The position numbers were made by a program, and so were the translations under genes. DNA of 63,963 nt, filler included, from Basidioascus undulatus (taxonomy: Eukaryota): NCBI GenBank assembly GCA_000826855.1. It is 5 parts of 5 records of this genome, joined end to end, with 100 filler letters (N's around TTAATTAATTAA, not from the genome) between each part and the next. Parts side by side here need not be neighbours in the genome. Positions count along the whole stretch, not along the records: positions 1 to 8,856 come from JTLS01001327.1; positions 8,957 to 17,811 come from JTLS01001328.1; 3 more parts are not named here. One strand, written 5' to 3'. Positions 1 through 10,048 of the stretch are shown piece after piece; position 1 is the stretch's first letter; each line of letters starts with the position of its first letter. The notes below the pieces were generated by a model that worked only from the letters and a program-made list of their open reading frames with translations, had not been told where the DNA came from and made no database searches.

Positions 1-651
1 GAGGGGAGGGGGGAGAGGGAGGGCACCGCAACGTCTTCAACTGGATTGCGTCCGGTCGTGCACAATACGCCTTGCCAGACGAGCGCCATTCAGGTTCAGG
101 CGTTCCAGGATCCTCGTCGGCTTTGGAGTAATGTTTTACATAACACAATCGGATAGGTCCAACACAAACCACCGCCGCCGCGACACTGTCCAGGTTCGAT
201 TCGCCTTGATCCGCCTGAAGTTTCTTTGTCCCTCACTGCACCCTGCCAGGATTCAAGAGTGAGGCACCGGAAATTTTCGGACCCCATTTGTATTATTAAT
301 ACGCGATTCAACAGAATAGTGATTGCTACGAATGCGGAGCCGCACAAGGAGAGTCATATCAGCAAGCCTGTGTGTGGGAAGTGTGACAGTGCACACTTTC
401 AACACACTGGCAACTTTCACGGTACGCGGCGCGGCGCACGTGCATCTGCATATTGAAGGATGGCACACGCACACAGAGAGGCACGCAAGCTCTTGTGAGT
501 TACGCTCATCCACACAACAGCCACAAGCATGCGACCATGCAGGAAGCACGGATTGTGTCTACATGTGCATCTAAAAGTCACGCTTTTCTCTTTCCCTGCG
601 CTCCCCCTCCGCCCCTCCCTGTCTCCCTCACCTCGACCACCTTCCTAGCCT

Positions 652-1944
652 TCATCGGCCCATCCACCCCTACCGCACAGCCCCCACTGGTCAGCCTCCC
701 CCTCAAACAGTGTCACAGACCAAAAGCGATAGCGAAAGTGAAAAGAAAGTGAAATCTCGGCCGACTCACCCCATCGACAACCACCACCTCCCCGTCGACG
801 TACCTGCTCGCCGCGGAGGCAAGCCACACGGTCGGCCCGACAAAGTCCGCCGGGTCGCCCCACCGCCCCGCGGGGATGCGCTCGCTGATCTGCCGCAGGC
901 GCTCGGGGTCCGCGAGCAGGCGGGCGTTCATATCGGTTGCGATCTGTTAGGTCGGAAGAGGGTAGATCGGATCTCAGAATAAGGAAGATCAGGAAAGGGG
1001 AAGGGAGGAGGAAAAGGAAAAGAGGGGGGACGAACGTAGCCTGGTGCGATAGCGTTAACCTGGCGAGAGGGGAGGTTAGGAGAGGAGAGGAGAAGAAGGG
1101 GGAGGACACACTTGGACGTTATGCCGCGCCCACTCGTTAGAGAGCGCCTTGGTCAGCTGGCCGATGGCGCCCTTTGCTGCCGCGTACGCGGGGACGGTGA
1201 TCCCGCCTTGGAAGGTGAGGAGGGATGCGTAGTTGCTGGGGAGGGGGTATTTAAGTTCACCAGACCAGTTTGAGACGAGATAGAAGAAGGACTAACATGA
1301 TCTTTCCTCTCCTGCGGGGGACCATGTGCTGTCCCGCCGCCTGGGAGAGCAACCATACCGCCTTGAGGTTGACATTGAGGACCTACCGCCCGTCCCGCGA
1401 GCATATCGTTCAGCTGAGTTCAGCTCTCATCACCCAAAGAACGACAGACCTCGTCCCAATCCTCCTCACTAAACTCCACCGCCGGCGCCCTCCTCTGTAT
1501 CCCTCCGCAATTCACCAGCACATGGATCTCCCCACCCTTCGCGACCTTCAGCGCCTCCGCAAACACGCCCTTGACCTGGGCGATGTCCGCCAGGTCGGCA
1601 ACGACGATGTCGGCCGCCGCGCCGGACGCGTGAATCGCGTCGCGAGTGGACGTGTTGGAGGTGTCCCGCTGGACGAGGATGATCTGCGAGGCGCCGGCGG
1701 AGGCGAGGCCGATCGCTTTGGGGAGGGGGTGAGTGGGGGAGAGGGGAGAGGAGAGAGGATAGCGTACCGACTGTGGCTCCGATGCCGCGCGTTGCGCCGG
1801 TGATGAGGACGTTCTCTGCGTGTGGGGGTGGGATGTCAGGGGATGGGGAGGGACACAGGGAGGAGAAGACGCACGGCCTTTGAGGGAGAACAGGTCGAGT
1901 GCGGCCACAGAGGGGGTCTTCTCAGCGGCAGGTGCGTCTGACAT
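652..1944 (-). CDS. Short-chain dehydrogenase/reductase, 2-deoxy-D-gluconate 3-dehydrogenase (KduD)-like; multi-exon
   Basis: Manually spliced exons give MSDAP...[19 protein letters not shown] (TGxxxGIG), [49 protein letters not shown] (YxxxK), [24 protein letters not shown]-stop (TGA at 652-654). Confidence 0.92.
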
Positions 1945-2081
1945 GGCTACAGCTCTTCTTCTTGGCTTCCGCTAGCTTCGCTTGGGATTGATGAGGTGTT
2001 GGTGGAAGTTGGTCAAGAGAGAAGAAGCAGGACAAACGAAGTCCGGCGTCGCAGCCTGAGGCGAGTGGCTATCGACGTGTT

Positions 2082-2115
2082 CGGAGCCCGGCCCGGACCG
2101 GCTCCCCGGCCCGGC
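2082..2115. promoter_or_regulatory. CGG/CCG triplet cluster in a bidirectional promoter (candidate Zn2Cys6 factor sites)
   Basis: cggagcccggcccggaccggctccccggcccggc, with a ggagcc/ggctcc inverted pair, in the middle of the 336-bp gap between two divergent ATGs. Function inferred. Confidence 0.4.
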
Positions 2116-2280
2116 TATCATGTCGAAGGACTCTACGACGTCTTCCTCCTCGGATGCTCTTCCGCTCGGCCGACGCTTTCGGACCTTTAAGATCTCCCTC
2201 CTCTCGAGCGATACCTCCTCAGTCCTTCCTCAGTCCTTCTGCACCGCCACGCACTCTCCTCCCCAAGCTACACCACCGAC

Positions 2281-3775
2281 ATGTCCCTCCCCAAAGTGAG
2301 CTGCCTCGCTATCTCCTCCCGCTCCATCCCGTACTCATCCTCCTCCTCACCCCTCAGGTCCTCATCTCCGGCACGATCGTCTGGGCCTCTGCGTTCGTCC
2401 TCCCACCTCCCTTCTCTCCTCTCCCCACTTACCTTCCCCCCTCTGAACAGGGAGGTCGATGCCCTCCGCTCCCAAGCCGAGATCTTCCAGCTCGACTCCC
2501 CCTCGCGCGAGGCATTCTACGCGGACCTCCAGTCCAAGTACGTCGGCATCGTCGCCATCTACCGGCACAATGACAGCGCGTCCTCCATCGGCGTGTACGA
2601 CAAGGACCTCATCGACCACTTGCCCGAGAGCGTCAAGTACATCGCGCATAATGGCGCCGGGTATGACCAGATCGACGTGGAGGCTGCTACGAAGCGGGGT
2701 GAGTCTGGCGAGGTGGAGAGGACATAGTCGTGCATACGGGTGCTGATGTGGTTGGGGCGCACGGAACAGGCATTCAGGTCTCCCATACCCCTTCCGCCGT
2801 GGACGACGCGACTGCGACCACCGGCATGTTCCTCATCATTTCCGCCTTGAGGCAGTACTACCCTGCCGAAGTGAACGCGCGGAAAGGTGTGCCCGTCTTC
2901 CTCTCCTCTCCTCCCTCCTCTTCCCCAGCTTCCCTTTTCCCTACTTACACCTCACCCCCTCCTCTCTGCCGCCAGGCCTATTCAAGCAAGGCCTGAAGCC
3001 CGCGCACGACCCCGAGGGCAAGGTGCTCGGCATTGTCGGGATGGGCGGGATCGGCTCGGTGCGTCTCCTCTCGTTCCTTTCCCCCCTTTCCTCTCCCCCA
3101 CTTTTCCCCAAAGCCACCCCCCACCCCGACCCACCGAGCCGTCTCGTTGACACCTGCGCTCCTCCCCTTCAGGCCCTCGCCCGCCGCGCACTCGGCTTCA
3201 GCATGTCGATCTCCTACCACAACCGCAACCCAATCTCCCCCGCGCCCGACTTCCCCGCAACCTACGTCTCCACGCTCGATGAGCTGCTCGCAACCTCAGA
3301 CGTCGTCTCCCTCAACCTGCCGCTCAACGCAGAGACCGCTGGGAGCTTCCGGCGGGAACAGTTTAACAAGATGAAGGATGGGGCGGTGCTGGTTAATACG
3401 GCACGCGGGGGGGTCGTCGATGAGGAGGCGCTGATTGAGGCGCTGGAGTCTGGGAAGGTGCGTTCCCTGTTTCCCCATTTCCCCCACCCCCTTTCCCTAT
3501 CCCCCTTTCCTTTTCGTCCACCCGAAGTGCCAGGTGTACTCACCCACTACCCACCCACCCAGCTCTCCGCCGCCGGCCTCGACGTCTACCCCTCCGAGCC
3601 GTCAATCAACCCGCGCCTGCGCGAACTCAGCAACGTCGTGCTCCTCCCGCACATGGGGACCGAGACGCGCGAAACGCAGCACAAGATGGAGGTCCTCGTG
3701 CTCGACAACATCCGCTCTGCCTTGGAGGGCAAGGGGCTGCTGAACTTGGTTAAGGAGCAGAGGGGGAAGTTCTAG
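2281..3775 (+). CDS. D-isomer-specific 2-hydroxyacid dehydrogenase (glyoxylate/2-ketogluconate reductase-like); multi-exon
   Basis: HNGAGYDQID, VSHTPSAVDDATA, LGIVGMGGIG (GxGxxG), LNLPLN, VNTARGGVVDE, AGLDVYPSEP, LLPHMGT; canonical introns; stop at 3775. Confidence 0.93.
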
Positions 3776-4445
3776 AGAAGAGGAAGGGCTGGAGAGAACA
3801 GTGGGATACCCTGATTCGATTTAAGGATGTTGCTGAGTGAGGAGATGCTTTGGAGACGCCGTGTCGTGTGCTGCCGTGGGTTTGCAACGACGTGTGAATG
3901 CATGTCCTTTCATGCGCTGTTCAGGTGCTGACGGGCAATGGCCAATAGGTCGCAGATGGCCGCCCTCGATGTCCTTGTTGCAGCCGCTGCTATTAGCCCT
4001 TCTGACTGATGATTTGACTGTATTTGTATATCAAGATTGTGTTTCTTTATGTAAAAGCACGACATGCATGATTGCTGAAGAGGACACGCAACGGGGAAGA
4101 AAACGCACTGAACTTTGTAGGCTATGCTTGTCGTTGAGGAAACTTGCAGACACTGCTTCACCCTTTTTTGGGCTTTCCGATTACATGCACAGGCTGGTTG
4201 CGTTGAAGCTGTTTTCGAGGGGATCCCCCGCCATGACCGGATTACCGGATCACTCAGATGTGAGACGACGGCATTCACGATTTCATTGCGGAAACCGGAG
4301 CAGCTGCGTATAATCAAGGTGGAATTTTCACAGGGAGGGTTCCGGTCCAGGGTTTCCTCCTTTGCCAACATCACAGCACTCTTCGCGGTCGCAGTCTCCG
4401 TTCGTACGTTGGATTTCGTGAACCTCTTGCACAGGGTATATTCAG

Positions 4446-6678
4446 TTAAGCTACTTCGGAATAGATCCCCAAAGTGTTCGTAGCGTTGCTGTCCTCGACA
4501 CCGCAAGCAACGATAAAGTCGCCAAACAGCTCGGACCGCTTCTTAATGTAGTCCATGAAGTCGGAAAGAGGCGCCGAAGCGCCTGGGCCCGTCTGAATCT
4601 TGGGCAGCGGTGCAGGTGCCGAGTTGACTACGACGCGGATGTAGTCCTCCGACCCGATGGAAGGGCATGAAATACGCTCAAGGGAAACCTTCTGGGGCAG
4701 GGAGGAAGGTAAGATACTAAGAGCTAGCGGTTTAAAGAGCTACAGACAAAGGTACGTACATGACAGAGGAAGGGCAGGATTTCGGACGATTTCCATTCTC
4801 GTCCATAGTTAATCAAGTCGGTGGGGAAGTAGTCGCTGACGTTTCCGCCAGAGTAGTAGGTGTCGTTGTACAAGCCGACTGCTACACGGGACCGGGCCCA
4901 TCAGCGGTCGCGCCGATGCTGCTCACTGCAACGGCAACAACAGGCTTGGAACGTACCAGTCAGAACAAACAGAGGCTCTTCGTGGTGCGCTGAATGGAAG
5001 TTCGGATGTCAGCGTTACTCTACCACTGCAGTGGAAAGAACTAGGCACAGAACAACAGAAATAGCTTCTGCGCCTAGGTCTCGTTAGTTGCCAGCAGCTC
5101 TGTCGAAGACCTCAACCAAGGCAACCCGAGCACAGGGGACAGCTTGCTCCCGTAACTGACATAGAGACCCATTTAGTGGTATGTTTCAATACTTCCTGAG
5201 GGAAGAGACGGAACGCACCCGAGCGAGTACGCGTATTGGATGTCCTGCATGTCGGTTCATAATCTGTGTCGACTGCGTCTCGTGGACAAGTCCCGGTGTG
5301 CGTACTTGTGCATATTCAAAGCCAAGCCATGCGCTCAGAGCAAAAAAAGGCCCTCCCGGATGACAGTCGCATATCCTGCAGAGAGCGTCAGCGATCCCAG
5401 CTTAGGCAACAGAGTGCAAGGGCACACCGGGTTTACCGGGCAGTTGTTGCATTTATGGAAGTGCACCGGACAGTCAGTTCAAATAGTGCGCGAGGCTGTA
5501 CATGAAGAGTCCAACGCGCACATAGATGTCTTTGGTAGGGAACGGCACTGTTCAACCGCTTAAGAGGCCCCTCGGAATAATGACGGAGGAATCTGCAGTC
5601 CGCCGTTAGGAGTGTGCAAGTGAAGTTTGCGGACTCTGACGCACGCATCTGTTTCCGAGGATCCCCGGGACGAGGGAAATTTTGAACAAGATTTTTGGTA
5701 CAAGCGACAGTCAGTTCGGTGTTACTGCCATTCAGCCCCAAGGATCACTGGAGACGCACATCAACGAGTTGGCACTGGCATTCGCTCCCTCAAAGATCTC
5801 CACGAGCCCTCGACGAACGCCTCGGCCGTGTCCACGTTCCTTGAAGCTGAAGCGGACTAGACCTTGAAGTCCGATCCATTCGAGAGCGACGGGTATTGCT
5901 GCCGCACGAGTGCGTCGAGCGCGGTCGCGTCGTCGGCACCTATGGGGGTCAGAGCTGACACTTTCTCGCTAGAGTTGGAAATGGGAGACGTCCAATTTGC
6001 AGGAAGGCAAGAGGCTGAAAAGAAGGCTAATAGTGAGCTTGAAGATCACTGCATGGACTACCAAGGACCTGGCGAACCGTGTAAGCTGCAAAGATGGATT
6101 TATCTGAAACGTTCTCGAGGTTCCTGTACGCACATGCAGGGTCAGAGGTCAGAATCAGAGCCACAAAGAAGGGAGTGGGACAAAAATCATTCACTCGAGA
6201 AACGGCTCTAGGTACTCTTCCGAAGTCAAAGCTGTTTGCGTAGATATCGCCTGTGCCGGAACCCGAACGTAAGCACGTCTTTTGAGGAGTACGTACTGGG
6301 ATGCAAGTACGTACCATGACGGATCAAATAAGCGGCACCAGTCACCTCGCAACCGGTTGGCGGCTCAGGCTGAATATCAACGCCTGCGACCAACGTGAGA
6401 AGCGGCAGTCAGAAAATGCGAGGATTACAGGCACCGCCCAATGTTAAGAGCGCACCGGGAGAGTCGAAATACAGAGACATTCCAGCGAGGTGGTGCAGAA
6501 CCTTGAAGTCGTAGTACTCGCTGTTAGACTGCACCTGTCGTGTGACATGAGAGATCCGTACGCCCCGGATCGAATCCAGCTCGTTCACAGGATTCCGCCG
6601 GGGCAGGACGCGGTTTGGCGCCGCGTCGGCGGAGAGTACTGTCAGTGCGAAGAGGCTGAGCGATTGGAGCGCAAGCAT
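4446..6678 (-). pseudogene. Secreted histidine acid phosphatase (phytase-like), disrupted
   Basis: Signal peptide MLALQSLSLFALTVLSADA, VLHHLAGMSLYF, AYLIRHG/DIYANSFDF, INYGREWKSSEILPFL, DYIRVVVNSAP. Lesions: apparent extra base near 6220 (DF/EEYLEPFL), in-frame TAG at 5857-5859 (KV*SASASR), frameshift before LVEIFEGANASANSL. Confidence 0.82.
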
Positions 6679-7040
6679 TTTTCGATGGGGATGAGAGAGG
6701 AAAGCTTGTTGATGAGGGAATGGGACTTTTTTGAGACTGCGCAGGGGTGGAGTGGGAAGGACGGAGCTGACGCGGTGCGGCTGTCAAAGGCTGGAGCAGC
6801 GTTTGAGCGATCTCCGGCTCGTAGAGGCACAGAAATAGAGACCACATTTTCAAAGTATGGAAGTATTTAATTGCAAATCGAAGTAGCCTCTGTATCGGCA
6901 AGTCGAAGAAACAGCACGGCGAGTGTCACGCTCCCATCCCTGGCAATGAGCAAAATGCATCCAGACGCCTGCAGGCAATGTAGGATTGCATAGTCCACGC
7001 AGCCTCGACCCTGGAGAAGAGGCGTACTTTCCAGTCTTCC

Positions 7041-7553
7041 TGTGAAGCACTGCAGATGCTGAAGAGGCGGTGACGAACCGAAGCTCGGCTGCACGTTCAT
7101 CGCAGCGTCACGGCCGCCAGTTCTCCGCCGAGCCGCTTGGAAATGACCACTCGTCTTCACCTTCCCAAAGCTGGATGATACCTAGGGTAGCCAGGGAAGA
7201 GCTTCGAGGGATATTCTGACGGCACAGCGTTCCACAGAGAGGCAGCCTCCCTCGCATAAGCTCAAATCGATCAAGCTGCATGCCGTCGACGGTCGGCATG
7301 GCATGCTCGCTCAGACTGGTACTCACTCACACGCACGCACACTCCTCTCGAAGTCGCCCAAAGCCTTCCCCTGTGCTCTTCCTAAGTCCAGACAGCCAGC
7401 AAGCCTCTTCAAACAATCACAGCCAGCAGCCATCCGTCACAAGCAGACAGACCAAGTCGTGCATCTCTCTCAATCAAATCCTCCATCCGTCGTCCATAAC
7501 GAATAAAGTAACTAAGCTATCGGTAAATGTGTGAAGCACTATGGTAGAACACA
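7041..7553 (+). mobile_element. Possible solo LTR remnant
   Basis: TGTG...CACA ends, AATAAA at about 7502, internal copy of TGTGAAGCACT at about 7530, non-coding; no target-site duplication seen. Confidence 0.25.
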
Positions 7554-7694
7554 GAGGACAGAGCACAAATTACAAGCGACATTAACTAGCTTAGTAAGCA
7601 CAAGCATTAGAGTGATTCAGTAGGCGACAGGGCAATGGTACCAGGTATCGGTATACAAAAAAGAAAGAAGTGGGATCTCCGCGATATAAAGAAA

Positions 7695-7740
7695 GGGTAT
7701 GGGGTATGGGGTATGGGGTATCGAGCGTAGGGGTATGGGG
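7695..7740 (+). repeat. (GGGGTAT)n short tandem repeat with G-quadruplex potential
   Basis: gggtat ggggtat ggggtat ggggtat cgagcgta ggggtat gggg read directly. Confidence 0.85.
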
Positions 7741-7814
7741 TCGTATTAGGTTGCAGTGCGTCCGGGACATAAGAAGGGGTAGAAAGTAAGAAAGAGGGGG
7801 AGTAGGTAGGCCAA

Positions 7815-8856
7815 TTAGTATCGGCGCGTCTTGACTCTGCCATCCCCGCCGCGCTCCTTGATCAGCCAAGCGCCCACGAACCTAAACCACGAAGCAGCAG
7901 CGCAACGTACCTTGGCCGATCCAGCACGCTCTCCTTCGGCTTCTCCCCCGGCGGGAGCTGGAGCGCGTGTGCCTGGGCCTGTGCCTCCGCCCGCGCCTTT
8001 CCGACCGCGGTCTCCTGCTGGTCTTTTCCAACGCGCTCCGCGAGCTCCCGGCGCGCCTCGTCCCTCTCCCTCCTCAACGCGTCACACTCCTCCCTGAGCT
8101 CGCGCACGCGCGCCTCGAACTCGAACCGCTCGATGCGCCACGCCTTGCGCGCGCTCGCGAGCTCGTCCTCCACGGAAGCGGGTGCTGGGGAGGCAGAGGA
8201 GGAGAGGGAAGGGGCGGGGTAGGGCGCGGGGGAGAGGTAGTCCTGCGGGAGGGCGAGGCCGAGCATCGAGACGGGGCGGAGTTTGAGGGCTTCGAAAGTG
8301 GGTGATTGGGAGGCAGGCGGGGAAAGGGAAGAGGCGGAGGTGGGGGAGAGGAGGTGCTGGTCTTTGGAAGGGGAGGGATGGGAGGTGTGCGAGGCGGTAG
8401 AGGGCGAGGTGAGGGTTGCGGAGGTCGGGGTTGCGACGGAGAGGGAGGGGGCGGTGTCGCTGAAGGGCGAGAGGGGCGGGGAGGAAGTGCCGGTGGTCGT
8501 TGCGGATAGGGAGGTGGGCGACTTGTCTGTGGACTTGTCTTTGTCCTTGCTGAACAGCTTGAGGAACGACTTCTTGGGCCGCACCGTCTTGCCGCTGTGC
8601 TGCCCCGGCCAGCTGAACCCGGCGGAGGCGGTGCTCGTCGCGGAGGTGGGCGTCGTGGCGGAGGACGTGAAGGCGGAGGAGGAGGTGGTGTAAAGCGTGA
8701 GGGGGGCGGGCTTAGACTTGGTCGCGAGCGTGGTGGTGGGTGGTGTGGGGTACGGCGGCGTGGGGAGTGCCGGGGGCGTGGCGAGCTCGGTGGAGGCGAA
8801 GGAGGAGAGGGAGACGGAGGAGAGGTTGGAGGAGGCAAGGTCAATATAGCTCTGCT
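7815..8856 (-). CDS. Hypothetical Ser/Thr/Pro-rich protein with C-terminal coiled coil; 5' part lost in gap, 3' end approximate
   Basis: Frame open from the gap through KKSFLKLFSK, LKLRPVSMLGL, EDELASARKAWRIERFEFEARVRELREECDALRRE to SVLDRPR, then a GTACGT donor near 7910. Confidence 0.7.
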
Positions 8857-8956
8857 NNNNNNNNNNNNNNNNNNNNNNNNNNNNNNNNNNNNNNNNNNNN
8901 TTAATTAATTAANNNNNNNNNNNNNNNNNNNNNNNNNNNNNNNNNNNNNNNNNNNN
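8857..8956. other. Assembly gap with artificial six-frame-stop linker
   Basis: 44 N + TTAATTAATTAA + 44 N. Confidence 0.98.
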
Positions 8957-9025
8957 AGCTCTGCGCCCCCGCCGAGGGTTGGTCTGCGCCCATACATTCT
9001 GATTGTCTCCCCTCGGCGCTCGCAG

Positions 9026-9670
9026 ACTTCCGCGAGGCTGAGCCGTTCTGCGTCTCCGCCTCGGACCTCATCAACCCGCTCCCGCCCTCGCTCTTCTACG
9101 GCTCCGGCTGGAAGGCCCACCACCCCGCGAACCAGAACGGCCAGGACAGGCACTACTGGTACTCGGAGATTGGCGGCAGCCGCCTCCGCGTGCCCCTCAA
9201 GCTCGGCGCTGGCGACGTGGGCATCTACTACATCGCGACCGACAAGAAGGACGAGGTGATGGGAAGCGTGACCTGCTGGGTGGACGACAACGTCGCGGGT
9301 GGGGTGGACATCGCGGGCAACGACGATGTTGGCGGGCCGACGCCTACGTGCGTTCTCCCCTTTGCCCTTTCCCCACAATTCCCAATTTCCCCTTCGACGC
9401 GATTCCCGCCGCCGCTACCTCTTTCACTTCGTCCATCAACGATCGCTGACGTTGAGCTTCCGCGTTCCCCAGTTTGAAGATGATCGACAGCCGAGTGTCG
9501 GCCGGCTCGCACTTCGTCGAGTGCATGACGATCGGCGAGGAGGGCAAGACGGTGCCGATTTTCAAAATGCTCGGCATCTTCGCGGTGCGCATTCTTCCCG
9601 CTGTCTCCTCCCGCTTCTCTGACAGCAGCGCTGATTTCATTGGCCCCGGGCTATGGCTCCACAGACGTAA
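9026..9670 (+). CDS. Cap64/Cas3-like capsule-associated protein, 3' exons only
   Basis: EPFCVSASDLINPLPPSLFYGSGW, HYWYSE..SRLRVPLKLGAGDVGIYY, CWVDDNVAGG, IDSRVSAGSHFVEC, FKMLGIFA/T-stop match the C-terminus of the Cryptococcus Cap64/Cas3 family as I recall it. Confidence 0.8.
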
Positions 9671-10048
9671 CTGCGTTCCTTGCTGTGTGTATCAGGCGGA
9701 CTTTGGTGGTGGAGATCCGACTAGGATCAGGATGCGATGGGTTGTGCAGGGGATTTGTTGAGGGTCAGTTGGAGAGGGCTTGGGCTGAGGGTTTTCCGTT
9801 CCGGAACTTGCATTATTCACCTTTTCTTTCTGCTGTATCTTCTTCCCCACGCCTCGCTTCTTTTCCCAGCTGTCTCCCGGGTTGGACCCTGCTTGCATTT
9901 TTATCACATGATCCCCACCTTTCTTTTCTCTTCTCCCATGCGGGAACTGCCTCACTTGTTCCTTCTAGGCAGTTCGAGTCGCTCTCCTTCATGCTCAGGC
10001 ATAGATCGCTTGCGCACACCAACCAACAGTCTGCCGCTGCAACATAAA

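Noticed and set aside
8074..8844. 256-aa proline-rich ORF
   Set aside because: Alternative frame of the Ser/Thr-rich gene in C-rich sequence.
8901..8912. TTAATTAATTAA as a biological element (PacI or piggyBac site)
   Set aside because: Identical and centred in N runs at all four gaps; synthetic.
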